Assembly (NCBI GenBank): GCA_965207735.1
Contig: OZ242296.1
Coordinates: forward strand, 2,080,001-2,144,000
Reading direction: 5' to 3'
DNA from: Candidatus Versatilivorator sp.
GTDB lineage: Bacteria; Acidobacteriota; Terriglobia; Versatilivoradales; Versatilivoraceae
Length of the DNA: 64,000 bases
Shown: in pieces, positions 21,030 to 31,098 of the stretch
Position numbering within the stretch: position 1 is the stretch's first letter
Layout: the number at the start of each line of letters is the position of its first letter
The notes under the pieces: model-generated
What the model was told of the DNA's origin: nothing
Seen by the model: the letters and a program-made list of their open reading frames with translations, nothing else
Database searches by the model: none
Translations under genes and position numbers: made by a program

Positions 21030-21992
21030 TCAATCCAGGTAGTAGCCGGCGCCGATGAGAACCGGAACCCCAAACGAGGTGACCCGCTTGACAAAGGTCA
21101 CCTTGCGTCGCCGCTGGCCGGTGGCCGGATTCCGGTTGGAGTAGTAGAGGAAGGACTCGCCAAACGCATCGGCAACGCCCAGAACATTCCGGCCCCCAAA
21201 GCCGCCGATGGAGTCGGAGGACAACTCCGACCCGATCCAGGAATCCGCCGGAGAGCCGCTGAAGAAGGTATAGCCGTAGGTGTCCAGGCCGAACAGATAA
21301 ATCGAGCCGTTTTTCCAACGGGGATCGTTGGCCAGGCCGACCGAGGCGAAATAGCCCCTCGAATCCAGGTCCATGGCGGCGCAGCGGACAAACTCCTGCA
21401 GCCGAACCTCGGAAGGGTCGGCATCGAGCATGGCCGCGTTGACCTCCTCGATCCTGCAGGTGCCGGGCAGGTCACGCCGGTAGACCCCCACCCCGATCGC
21501 GGCTGAGTTCCCCTCCCAGTCGATGCTCTTGATGTAGGTGGCCTTGGGCTCGTCCATGCCCGTCGCCGGGTTGAGGAAGGAGTAGTAGATGAAACCCTCG
21601 CCGAACCCGCTGGCGATGCGGTGCTGTTCCTTGTAGTAGTCGTTGCCGTAGACATCGATCAGCAGTCCCAGGGAGGCCCCTTCCCTTTCCCGAGCCGGAG
21701 GAAAGACGAAGAGCCGGGCCTGATCGCTCAACGGCGTGACCTCGGAGACGAAGACATAGGTGGGGCCGCTCTTCCAGCGCTCCTCTTCGTTGAAGGCTCT
21801 GCGGGCCTCCACGAAGCCCACCTCATGGACAAACTCGTAGGCGCACTGGGTCAGAGTCTTGGCATCCTGCAACGTCCGAACGGCGCTGGCCACGACGGAG
21901 CGGTCCGCGCAGGAATCCTCGGTAGCCAGGGCCGGAGAGACGAGGGAGAGAAACAAGGGGATAAGAATGGAACGACAATGCGGTTTTTTCAT
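21030..21992 (-). CDS. Exported protein with two tandem single-Cache-like domains and no output domain
   Basis: Signal peptide, then two repeats of C..........FV.CA....A...F....RWK.G..Y.F....Y...NPATG....K.T.VK.......IG.G.Y. Confidence 0.75.
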   Translation of the reverse strand: MKKPHCRSILIPLFLSLVSPALATEDSCADRSVVASAVRTLQDAKTLTQCAYEFVHEVGFVEARRAFNEEERWKSGPTYVFVSEVTPLSDQARLFVFPPAREREGASLGLLIDVYGNDYYKEQHRIASGFGEGFIYYSFLNPATGMDEPKATYIKSIDWEGNSAAIGVGVYRRDLPGTCRIEEVNAAMLDADPSEVRLQEFVRCAAMDLDSRGYFASVGLANDPRWKNGSIYLFGLDTYGYTFFSGSPADSWIGSELSSDSIGGFGGRNVLGVADAFGESFLYYSNRNPATGQRRRKVTFVKRVTSFGVPVLIGAGYYLD

Positions 21993-22284
21993 GCGTGTAT
22001 TTTACCGCAACACGGTCGTGCCGTACACCCACAAAGTTTCATCGCATCCCTCGTTTCTCGTCGGCTTCCCGGATGCCTTCAAACTTCAGCGGTTTGGTGG
22101 TAGACTGCGTTGGCATCAGGCTGTCCTGGCGAAATCGGTTCAAACTCTTTTCCAACAGTATTTTACAGGACTTCCAAGGTCGATGCCGCCTGCCTGGGGC
22201 AAGACATCCGGGCGAGCCAATGTCCATCCCTGCAGACGAAAACAGGACCTGACGCAATTGAACATGTACGCCGATCTTCCGAGG

Positions 22285-22920
22285 ATGTGGGGGCGACTAC
22301 TTGCGCTGCTCCTTTTGGGATTGATTGGTACCCAGACCGCTGCCGGGCAACAGACATACCCCTGGAAACTGCCCAAAGGGGTGCCGGCGCCGCGTGTGCC
22401 GTCAGACTCGCCGTTGACGCCGGAACGGGTGGAGCTGGGCCGGCATCTCTTCTACGACACGCGGCTCTCGGGCAACGGCACCCAAGCCTGCGCCACCTGC
22501 CACCGGCAGGAGCTGGCCTTTACGGACGGACGGGCCCTGGCGGTCGGTTCCACTGGAGAAACCCACCCCCGGAGCGCCATGTCGCTCATCAATGCCGCCT
22601 ACCGCGATGCCCTGACCTGGGCCAATCCGTCGCTGAAGACCTTCGAAGAACAGATCCCCGTGCCCATGCTGGGAACAGCCCCCGTCGAGCTGGGCCTGGC
22701 CGGACAGGAGGATCGTGCCTACGCCGAGCTGGCACGGGATCCGGTCTATCGAGAGCTCTTCCTGTCCGCCTTTCCCGACGAGGGCTCTCCTGTCAACAGG
22801 CGCAATATCGTGGCGGCTCTGGCCTCGTTTCTGCGGTCGATCGTCTCGTTCCGGTCGCCCTTCGACCGATACCGCTTTGGCGGCGAGGTTAACCGCGACG
22901 GGATACCAAGGTCGCGATAA
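22285..22920 (+). pseudogene. Truncated MbnH-like di-heme cytochrome c peroxidase family gene (first heme domain only)
   Basis: Signal peptide, ELGRHLFYDTRLSGNGTQACATCH, AFTDG, GSTGETHPRSAMSL and LTWANP. Homology ends at SPFDRY, where the dispersed repeat begins; no second CxxCH. Confidence 0.85.
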
Positions 22921-22980
22921 GGATGATCGATTTCAGATTGATTTGCTTTCGTATGATCCGCCCGGCAGGGCGGGGGCGAC
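22885..22980 (-). repeat. Dispersed ~90-bp repeat, copy 2
   Basis: Reverse complement matches 1781-1868; spurious ORFs over both copies read ADHT...QSEIDHPY. Confidence 0.8.
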
Positions 22981-23003
22981 ACTTACAAAAAAAGGATGAT
23001 GTC

Positions 23004-23714
23004 ATGGCAATCACGTGGACTTGTACTGGAACCTGCTTTTGGCTACTGCTGTTTGCTTTCACACTTGCGGCGCAGCCGGACCCGGACTGCGAAGAGTGGA
23101 ACACCCGGGAGTATTTCCTGAAGGCCACGGTCGAGGAGGTGACCTCCTGTCTGGCTGCCGGCGGCGACGTTGAGGCACAGACTGAGAATGGTCGCACCCC
23201 TCTGCACTTCGCGGCCTGGAACAGCAAGAATCCGGCGGTGGTCAAAACCCTGCTGGAGGCGGGAGCAAACCCGGATGCTCGGAGCAAGAACCGCAATACT
23301 CCCCTGATTCTGGCGGCCTGGGGGAACAGGAATCCGGCAGTGATAGAGGCGCTGCTTGCCGGCGGGGCAGACCCGAATGCAGGGAACAAATCCGGCAACA
23401 CCCCGCTGCACGATGCCGCACGGGCAAATGGGAATCCGAACGTGACACGGGTGCTGGTTGAGGCCGGGGCAGACTTGGCGGCGGCGGACAACAAGGGCCG
23501 TACACCCTTGCATCAGGCCGCTGCAAGCGGCAAGATTCCAGCCGTGATCGACCTCCTGCTCGAAGCAGGAGCCGACCCGAATGCTCGGGATGCAGAAGGC
23601 AAAACGCCCTGGAATCTGGCCCAGTCCAACGAGGCGCTCAAGGGAACCACGACCTACATTCGCCTTCACGAGGCACAGTTCGAGTCGTCGGAGAGAGGCG
23701 ATCGGGGTCGGTAA
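23004..23714 (+). CDS. Secreted ankyrin-repeat protein
   Basis: AAAGGA RBS, signal peptide, Cys cap DCEEWNT..YF..AT..EV..CL, four full 34-aa ankyrin repeats (TPLHFAA, TPLILAA, TPLHDAA, TPLHQAA) plus a partial one. Confidence 0.93.
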   Translation: MAITWTCTGTCFWLLLFAFTLAAQPDPDCEEWNTREYFLKATVEEVTSCLAAGGDVEAQTENGRTPLHFAAWNSKNPAVVKTLLEAGANPDARSKNRNTPLILAAWGNRNPAVIEALLAGGADPNAGNKSGNTPLHDAARANGNPNVTRVLVEAGADLAAADNKGRTPLHQAAASGKIPAVIDLLLEAGADPNARDAEGKTPWNLAQSNEALKGTTTYIRLHEAQFESSERGDRGR

Positions 23715-23822
23715 CAGGCTGGACGCACTCCTGAGAAATTCACGGCGGTCCTGAAAAGCCCCGGAGTGGCCACGCGCCGCAGCCCGGCAGCCGGACGCCA
23801 AGGATCGATTTTTTCATAATCG

Positions 23823-24010
23823 ACATGGATGTACAGGATGAACAGGATTATTGCCATCGACCGCCTTGCCCCAGAAGCGGACATCGAGCGTGTCGTATCG
23901 CGTGAGTGAGCTTCCCGTGCAGCAGCGTCCCGTCCCGGTTATCCTGTGCATCCTGTGTATCCATGTTTTTTTGATTTTTTTCAACATGGATGCACAGGAT
24001 TTACAGGATT
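23823..24010. repeat. Nonamer-based inverted repeat cluster (REP-like)
   Basis: acatggatgtacaggatgaacaggatta (~23823), inverted copy ttatcctgtgcatcctgtgtatccatgt (~23939) and a third direct copy acatggatgcacaggatttacaggattt (~23984). Confidence 0.8.
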
Positions 24011-24050
24011 TCTTGTCGATGTAAGTTATTCATTCAAATGATGCCCGGGA

Positions 24051-25712
24051 TTATGGGACGCCAGATTCCTGAGACCCGATCTCAACTCTAAGGAACAACG
24101 CGGCGAGGAACGACAGCCCCACCACCACCGCACTCAGCGTGAAGGCATCTCCCAACGCCCCGACCAGCGCCGAGCCGAGAGCGCCAACAAAGGTGTCCGC
24201 CAATTGAGTGCCGTCAAGCCCCCTCTCCGCGAAACCGGCCCTCAACGCCTCGACCGCGGAAGGATCGACAAGAGCCCGCGGATTCTGCTTGACGGCTTCG
24301 AACTGCCCTTGGGCAAGCGCGTCTCTGACAGAATCGGAGACGGTCTCTTCCAACCTGGATGAGAAGCTCGCCGTCAACACAACTCCCAACACGGCCAGGC
24401 CCAGCGTACCGCTGAACAATCTGGAGAACTGAAGCGCGGCAGTGGCGCTGCCCACCAGCCGGAAAGGCATCGAGTTCTGGACGGCCAGGTTGCAGGTGGA
24501 CATGGTGCCGCCCAGCCCCAGCCCAGTCAGCGAAACGTAGGCAGCCGCTTGGGCAAAACTCGTCGTCTCGTTCATGGTGGAGATGAGACAAATGCCCACC
24601 GCCATGGCTCCCGAGGAAACCAGGGCCTGTCTGCGGTAGCCCCCCCCGATTCCGGAGAGTCGCCTCCCGGACACGATGGCGCCAACCACCATTCCAAGCA
24701 TCATCGGGGTGAGCAAACCGCCGCTTCCGGTCGCGGTCGAGCCCAGCACTCCCTGGAAGAAAAGCGGGGTGAAGAGTGCTGTGCTGTGTAATCCAAAACC
24801 GGTCAGGACGGTGATCATCACGGAAATCGTTACCGCCCGGTTTCCGTAAATTTCCAGGGGCATGATGGGAGAATCGGACTTCGACTCGATCACCAGGAAT
24901 ATCAGAGCCATTACCAACCCGAAACCCAGCAGTCCGCCGACCTGAAGCGAACCCCACTGGAAGTGAACGCCGCCAAGAGAAAGCGCGATCATCAGCGAGG
25001 ACACCGCCAATGTCAGGGCCACCATTCCCGGGTAGTCCAGCTTTCGTCTTTCGACCCTGGGAGCAATTTGGGGGAACTTTCGGGCAAGCAACCACAGCAC
25101 GGGTATTCCAGCCGGAACATTCATCAGAAAGACCCAGTTCCAGGAAAAGTTGTCGGTGATGAAGCCGGCCAACGGGGGTCCGATCACCGAAGCCATGCCG
25201 TAGACAAGACCGATCAACCCTATGTACCTGCCCCGTTCTCCCGGTGGGAACAGGTCCGCGGCGGCCGCGAAACTGTTGGCCATGAGAATCCCGCCACCGA
25301 CGCCCATGACCGCGCGCGCAGCAATGAGCTGGTTCATTGACAGGCTCAAGCCTGCCGGAATCGAGCCGATCATGAAGATCGCCAAGCCAAGAATGAAAAA
25401 TATCCTGCGTCCGAAAATATCGGCCAATCCGCCCGCGATGGGAATGGCTATGGTGGAAGCGACCAGGTACCCCGTCGCAGCCCAGGTGTAGCGGTCGAAA
25501 CCGCCCAGGTCGGCCACGATGCGAGGCATGGCGGTGGCGATATTGATCTGACTCACGGCAGCCAGAAACATCGCCATCATCACGCCGGCCGTGGCCAGCA
25601 GTAGCTGTTTACCGGAGAGTTGCACGGAGCCTCCCGCCACCGATGGATCGGTGTCGGCTTTCTCCTTCCATATGGAGTCGGCGCTCAATGGCATCTTTCT
25701 CCCTCCCGGCAC
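24051..25712 (-). CDS. MFS drug:H+ antiporter-2 (EmrB/QacA-type, 14 TMS) exporter
   Basis: ATAMPRIVADLGG, GGLADIFGRR, ARAVMGVGGG, PGERGRY, IGPPLAG, WNWVFLMNVP and LDYPG motifs. Confidence 0.93.
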   Translation of the reverse strand: MPGGRKMPLSADSIWKEKADTDPSVAGGSVQLSGKQLLLATAGVMMAMFLAAVSQINIATAMPRIVADLGGFDRYTWAATGYLVASTIAIPIAGGLADIFGRRIFFILGLAIFMIGSIPAGLSLSMNQLIAARAVMGVGGGILMANSFAAAADLFPPGERGRYIGLIGLVYGMASVIGPPLAGFITDNFSWNWVFLMNVPAGIPVLWLLARKFPQIAPRVERRKLDYPGMVALTLAVSSLMIALSLGGVHFQWGSLQVGGLLGFGLVMALIFLVIESKSDSPIMPLEIYGNRAVTISVMITVLTGFGLHSTALFTPLFFQGVLGSTATGSGGLLTPMMLGMVVGAIVSGRRLSGIGGGYRRQALVSSGAMAVGICLISTMNETTSFAQAAAYVSLTGLGLGGTMSTCNLAVQNSMPFRLVGSATAALQFSRLFSGTLGLAVLGVVLTASFSSRLEETVSDSVRDALAQGQFEAVKQNPRALVDPSAVEALRAGFAERGLDGTQLADTFVGALGSALVGALGDAFTLSAVVVGLSFLAALFLRVEIGSQESGVP

Positions 25713-26103
25713 TCGTCTCAGGAGTGAAATTCAGAGGAAAACGTGCGGGTTAAACAGGTTACGCTAACTCAAATCGACCGCATCCGCCACGTATCATGAT
25801 ATGATGAGCCGGTTTTTCCCGGATGACTTACTCAGTTGGAGGATCAGAGGCTTGACGACTGCGCCGACCCGAGGCAATCGGAGCTTTCGGGATATCGGCT
25901 CCGGAAACCACCCCTTCGGACCGAGCGAGCGTCTTGCAGGCCGCAGCACTGACCAAGAGGCTGGATCTCACACTGAGACATCGCATCCCGCCCCCTCGTC
26001 ATGATGGGATCAGCGCCCGACCGGCACCTGAAGCCCGTTGGGTGAGTGGAGGAATAATTAGCCCTCAACCTTCACACGATTGGAATTCGAAAGGAGCAAC
26101 CCC

Positions 26104-26751
26104 ATGGCAGCTCAAGTCAAATGGAGCCGTAGAGAAGGCATCCTGATTGCCGCACCGATCGGTCGTATCGACGGCAACAACTACATCGAAGTCCAGAATG
26201 CCTTGGAATCCGGAATCGATTCCGATGAACGGGCCATGATCCTGGACTTCGGGCAATTGGGCTACATCAGCAGTGCAGGTCTTCGCGTATGCCTGATCAT
26301 CGCCAAGAAATTCAACCCGGAAGGCAAGGCCTTCGGTATCTGCAACCTCTCCGATTCGATCCGCGAGATTGTCACCGTGAGCGGCTTTCATGGGATCATG
26401 TCGATTTACGATTCGCTGAGCGCGGCCATCGAAGCCCTTACCGGGAAGGCCGACGTCGGGGATGAGAGCGCAGTAGAAGCATCCTCGACCATACCGATAC
26501 GTGACTCTGTCGATTTCGATATCATCGGAGAAAACATCCAGCACATCGCCAACTTCACGATCGAGAAATACGAGTACAAGAATGACCGCAGCCTTTCGCT
26601 CAAGGAGCGGGAGGCCGTCGTTGCCGGCATCACCAATGCCCTGTGGATGTATATTGAGCGTCTGAAGATTCGGCGCAAGCAGCTTCTGACGGAGATGTTC
26701 AAATCCGCCGAATCAGTTCTCGAACAGGTCGTTGCAAAATCGGAAAAATGA
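26104..26751 (+). CDS. STAS domain anti-sigma-factor antagonist with C-terminal helical extension
   Basis: GRIDG, LDFGQLGYISSAGLRV (phosphorylatable Ser), IVTVSGF; AAGGAG RBS before ATG 26104. Confidence 0.88.
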   Translation: MAAQVKWSRREGILIAAPIGRIDGNNYIEVQNALESGIDSDERAMILDFGQLGYISSAGLRVCLIIAKKFNPEGKAFGICNLSDSIREIVTVSGFHGIMSIYDSLSAAIEALTGKADVGDESAVEASSTIPIRDSVDFDIIGENIQHIANFTIEKYEYKNDRSLSLKEREAVVAGITNALWMYIERLKIRRKQLLTEMFKSAESVLEQVVAKSEK

Positions 26752-27184
26752 CGGCCATAGCGGCCTCGGTGGGATCGTCTGCCAGGATGAAGATCCGGTT
26801 GAAATTCCGTGGCCGCGCTTGCGCCAGGCTGTCCGGGGATCCTGTTTGCGGTTCGGGCTGAATGACCGGCGTGGACTTGCCCGGCGCAGCCCGCAGGACT
26901 GATTCCGAAGTCTCTGTAAACCATTTATAATAAAAGAGTTACGTATTTTACGGAGACGATCTCCCCCCCCATTATTTCCACCTGAACGAAACGGATGCCC
27001 TTGGCCTTTCGTGGCCGTGAATGGACGCGTCAGCCGGTCCCCACGCGCCCACGCCTCGGAGGTCTGACATTTTCCTCTTTGTATCCCTTTATTGTGTTTT
27101 GTCTCGTGATTGCGGCGCTACCCGGCCAACGACTTGACCAGGGAGAAAATGGCTAAACCACCAACAATTGGGAAGAGGTGAACT

Positions 27185-27580
27185 TTGCCTTCGGGCAATC
27201 GTTGTCTGCCCGGGTTCCCAAGTCTGTTGCGCTTGGCGGAACTGCTGCAGCGGCGTCCCGACTATCATGTGCGCCTGCAAGGACATGCGGATCACATCGG
27301 TTCGAATAGCGACAACGTGGAATTGGCCCTCAGGCGCGCGAAGGCGGTGGGAGACTTCCTGGTGAAGTACGGGGCCCAGGGAGCCCAGATCACAGTCGAA
27401 ACCTACGGCGAGAGCAGACCGACGAGCGACAATAGTTTTGGACAAGGGATCTGGATGAACCGGCGGGTCACGCTCTCGGTGGCCGATGTAGAAGGTCGGG
27501 TCATCAGTGATCAGGGGATCGCTCCCGCCCTTTTGGCCCCGGGGCCATCTGTGCTAGACTTGGAGAATGATGCCTCGTAG
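27185..27580 (+). pseudogene. OmpA-like peptidoglycan-binding domain fragment
   Basis: GHADHIGS...N..LA.RRA.AV..FL...G, YGESRP and NRRV; no signal peptide or credible start, appears truncated. Confidence 0.75.
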
Positions 27581-27587
27581 AGAATCC

Positions 27588-27869
27588 ATGCACACCGGAC
27601 CCGCCCGACGTGGCTTCGGCTGGCGCACCTGGATCGTCGTCCTGGCGCTGGCCGGCGCCACAATCACCGCGGCCATCTGCCACGAGGAGCACGCAGCCGG
27701 GCACGACTGCATGGCCTGCCAGCTCCGGCACCAGCCCGCCGCCGAACTGTCCGGATCCTTGCAGATCGGTTTCTCGGACGTTTCGGCGCCGCTCGAGCAA
27801 GCTGGCGACGGCGGATGGATCGCATCCGGTCATTCCCTCCGCCTCTCCGCCCGCGCACCCCCCGCCTAG
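27588..27869 (+). CDS. Small DUF2946/CruR/CutF-like protein (signal/TM - His - CxxC - C-terminal RAPP)
   Basis: Hydrophobic segment, CHEEHAAGHDCMACQ, ends ARAPPA*. Confidence 0.8.
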   Translation: MHTGPARRGFGWRTWIVVLALAGATITAAICHEEHAAGHDCMACQLRHQPAAELSGSLQIGFSDVSAPLEQAGDGGWIASGHSLRLSARAPPA

Positions 27870-28123
27870 TTCCCTCACACGCTTAGTTCGCCTTTAGTAC
27901 CGCCATCGTCGGCGACACCACCCGTTTCGGTAATGCATGCAAATGCACCGGGGCGATCGTTGTGTTTCCCGGCAGCGCGCGGGCCCGCGAGTTCCGGAAC
28001 CGCCTGGAGGAATTCTTCCCGAGGTCCGGCGGTGGCGCACGTCCCACGTGGTTTCCATTCACGGCGGTAGCAGATCAGTGAACCGTTGGGAGTCCGGAAG
28101 GGGAATCTGGGAAGGAGATTCTG

Positions 28124-28333
28124 ATGAACCGATTGACAGCAACTGGCATTACAGAGACTCGGGGCTGGAGAGCCCTCAACGACCGCCTCGTCGCCATGCT
28201 CAAGCCGTTCGCACCGCCGATGGCTATCTCGTTCCACGGCGTCGGCGAGACGCTCGAGGCGACGGTCGGGCTCGACCGCGCGATGGCGCGCTACGCCTCG
28301 GTGGACGCGAAACGGCTTCAGGTGAACCGATGA
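28124..28333 (+). CDS. Small hypothetical protein, translationally coupled to the flavoprotein
   Basis: AAGGAG RBS; stop overlaps the next start (ATGA 28330-28333). Confidence 0.55.
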   Translation: MNRLTATGITETRGWRALNDRLVAMLKPFAPPMAISFHGVGETLEATVGLDRAMARYASVDAKRLQVNR

Positions 28334-29457
28334 GAAAAAGAGCCCGGTCATTCGACATTGTCGTCGTCGGCGCCGGGGCCGCCGGTCTCGGCCTTGGTGT
28401 GACGCTACGCGACCTCGGAATCGAGAACTTTGTGATTCTCGACCGCTCCGCCGTCGGCGCCTCATTCCTGCGCTGGCCCCGGCACACGCGCTTCATCACG
28501 CCGTCGTTCAACAGTAACCAGTTCGGCATCCTGGACCTGAATGCCATCAGTCTGCAGACTTCGCCGGCTTACTCGGTTGGCGTCGAGCACCCCACGGGAA
28601 AGGAATACGCCAGCTATCTGCGAGGAGTTGCGAAGCATTTCGACTTGCCCGTAGAGACCGGGGTCGACGTTCTCTCGGTCGCGACGAGAGCTCGACCCAA
28701 AGGGTTTCGGGTGGAGACGAGTCGCGGAGACGTCCGCGCGCGGTTCGTGGTCTGGGCGGGCGGCGAAATGCAGTACCCGCGGACCCACGACTTCCACGGC
28801 GCCGAGCTTTGCCTGCACTACTCCAAGGTGCCCTCATTTGACGATCTCAGCGGCGACGAGAGATGCATCATCGGCGGCTCCGAGAGCGGCATCGACGCCG
28901 CCGTCGCGCTGGCCGCCGCCGGTCGACGAGCCGTCGTCTTCGACCGCGAGGAGCCGTGGAAGCGAATGGGACCGGACCCCAGCCAACTCTTGTCGCCCTT
29001 TACGAAGGCGCGTCTGAATTCGGCGATTGACTCGGGTCGGGTGACGCTACGCGGCGGCTGTACGGTCACCGGCGTCCGCCGCAACGACAACGGATATCGG
29101 TTGGCGCTCGAGAATGGCGACGTCGTCCACTGCGCCGAGAAGCCGATCCTGGCCTCTGGATTCGCCGGATCGGCAAGCCTCGTTCGCTCGTTGTTCGATT
29201 GGCGAGATGACGGGTTTCCGCTGCTGACGGAAAACGATGAATCCACCGTGACGAAAGGGCTGTTCCTGGTCGGACCGCAGGTGCGCCAAGGCGATGTCAT
29301 CTTTTGTTTCATCTACAAGTTCCGCCAGCGCTTCGCCGTGGTGGCCAACCAGGTCGCCCGCCGCCTGCGAGTCAGCGCGAAGCCGCTCGAGGCATACCGC
29401 GACTACGGAATGTACCTCGACGATCTATCGTGCTGCAGCGATGATTGCGCTTGTTGA
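28330..29457 (+). CDS. NAD(P)/FAD-dependent oxidoreductase (CzcO/Pyr_redox_3-like) with Cys-rich C-tail
   Basis: VVVGAGAAG, IIGGSESGID, ILASGF, GLFLVGP, FCFIYKFRQRF; ends YLDDLSCCSDDCAC. Confidence 0.88.
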   Translation: MRKRARSFDIVVVGAGAAGLGLGVTLRDLGIENFVILDRSAVGASFLRWPRHTRFITPSFNSNQFGILDLNAISLQTSPAYSVGVEHPTGKEYASYLRGVAKHFDLPVETGVDVLSVATRARPKGFRVETSRGDVRARFVVWAGGEMQYPRTHDFHGAELCLHYSKVPSFDDLSGDERCIIGGSESGIDAAVALAAAGRRAVVFDREEPWKRMGPDPSQLLSPFTKARLNSAIDSGRVTLRGGCTVTGVRRNDNGYRLALENGDVVHCAEKPILASGFAGSASLVRSLFDWRDDGFPLLTENDESTVTKGLFLVGPQVRQGDVIFCFIYKFRQRFAVVANQVARRLRVSAKPLEAYRDYGMYLDDLSCCSDDCAC

Positions 29458-29469
29458 AGGAGCCGTGAA

Positions 29470-31098
29470 ATGCTCCAGACGTCAATTCGAACTGTCGTTC
29501 TGTTGGGTAAGGAAAACGTCGGCAAGACGCAACTGGCTGCATCGCTGACGGGTGCGTCCAGCGCTGCCTCGAACTTCCGAGGCGCCAACGTCGACTGCGA
29601 CTCCTACCGAGTGGACGACTGGGAACTGATCGACACGCCCGGGCTGCTACGAAGCTCCGATGTTGAGACCACCCGACTTGCCCTGGAGCGGCTGCGGGGC
29701 GATGATACCGTCCTACTGGTTGCCCAGGGAACCGAACTGGATGCAGACTTGGCCGACCTGCTGCCGCTCCTAGCGGGTCGACTCGGCGCACTGGTCGTGA
29801 CCCATCGGGACCGACTCGCCCGGCTGGAAGTGGAGGCGCGGCTGGGAGAGCTGGCGCTCCGAACGGGTTTGCCGGTAGTCTTCGTGGACGCTCGACGACT
29901 GGACGCCAACGATCGTCAAGGGCTGATGCAGGCGCTGGAAGCCCCCGGCCCGATCCCCGCCGAAGCCGGTATGAGCTTCGGCGATCTGGTCGTCCGTCCG
30001 CGACCTCTTTTCCTGGATCGCTCCGCCCTTGGGCCTTTCTGGGCGCTGCTGCTGTTGTTGACGCCCGCCTGGGTCGCGGTGGACGCTGCCAACCGTCTCG
30101 CGGATCGAATCGACCCCTGGGTTCGCGCCCCGACTGGGTTGCTGGCCGGGTTGTCGACGAGTTGGCCGCAACCGCTTGCGGAGATCCTGGCCGGCGACTA
30201 CGGCTTTGTCACGATGGGGCCGCTGCTGTTGGTGTGGGCGACTCCGGTGGTCGTGCTCCATGCGTTGCTGATGGGTGCGTATAAGGCGAGCGGCTTGCTT
30301 GATCGCCTGACAACCGCCATGAATCCGTGGCTGCGGCCGTTCGGCATGACGGGCCGGGAGTTGGCGCGCGTCGTGATGGGTTTCGGCTGCAACGTGCCCG
30401 CCGTCATCAGCGCGCGCTCGTCGTCGGCTTGCTCGCGTGGCGTATGCGTCTCGGCCATCGCTTTCGGTTCGGCCTGTTCGTATCAGTTGGGAGCCACGCT
30501 GGCGGTTTTCGCCGCGGCGGGTCGACCCAAGTTGATCGTACTCTACCTGCTATATCTCGGCGTCACGACTCTCGCCTATTCCCGCCTCAGCGCGCCGAAA
30601 GCGGCTCGTTCTCCCTTCAATGTGCTGTTGACGGAGGGCCGAGTCTTCTTGACCTGGCCGCGCCCGAGCGCTGTCTGGCTTGAGGCGCAGGGCGTTGTTC
30701 GGGAGTTCTTTCGCGGGGCCTTGCCGATCTTCTTTCTGATCACGGCCGCAGCTTCTCTGTTGCATTGGCTGGGCGCGCTGCAAGCTGCGTCGGCCGTCGT
30801 CGAGCCGGCGATGGCCGCTTTTCGATTGCCCTCGGAGGCGGCCCTGGCGGTGGTCTTGGCGAGCGTGCGCAAGGACGGTATCTTGCTGCTGGCGGAGCCG
30901 GGCGTCGCCGCAAACCTCAACGCCGTCCAGCTGTTGACGGCCGTCTACCTGGCCGGCGTGCTGCTGCCTTGCCTGGTCACCTGCTTGACGATTGCGCGCG
31001 AGCAGGGCCGTGCGTTCGCGCTGCGGTTGGTGGGTCGGCAGGCTGTGGCGGCCACCGGGTTCAGCGCTTTGCTGGCTTGGGGCGGAGCATGGCTGTGA
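29470..31098 (+). CDS. Short FeoB-like GTPase with gate membrane domains
   Basis: G1 GKENVGKT, G3 DTPG, G4-like THRD, gate motifs MGFGCNVPA and LLPCLVT, multiple TM segments. Confidence 0.85.
   Translation: MLQTSIRTVVLLGKENVGKTQLAASLTGASSAASNFRGANVDCDSYRVDDWELIDTPGLLRSSDVETTRLALERLRGDDTVLLVAQGTELDADLADLLPLLAGRLGALVVTHRDRLARLEVEARLGELALRTGLPVVFVDARRLDANDRQGLMQALEAPGPIPAEAGMSFGDLVVRPRPLFLDRSALGPFWALLLLLTPAWVAVDAANRLADRIDPWVRAPTGLLAGLSTSWPQPLAEILAGDYGFVTMGPLLLVWATPVVVLHALLMGAYKASGLLDRLTTAMNPWLRPFGMTGRELARVVMGFGCNVPAVISARSSSACSRGVCVSAIAFGSACSYQLGATLAVFAAAGRPKLIVLYLLYLGVTTLAYSRLSAPKAARSPFNVLLTEGRVFLTWPRPSAVWLEAQGVVREFFRGALPIFFLITAAASLLHWLGALQAASAVVEPAMAAFRLPSEAALAVVLASVRKDGILLLAEPGVAANLNAVQLLTAVYLAGVLLPCLVTCLTIAREQGRAFALRLVGRQAVAATGFSALLAWGGAWL

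Noticed and set aside
22285-22920. Methanobactin biosynthetic cluster
   Set aside because: Only a truncated MbnH-like gene is present; no MbnA/B/C, MbnP or TonB receptor in the window.
27934-27947. TGCAT-N4-ATGCA palindrome as a Fur/Zur/Mur box
   Set aside because: Too short, and the spacing does not match the boxes I know; unsupported without comparative data.
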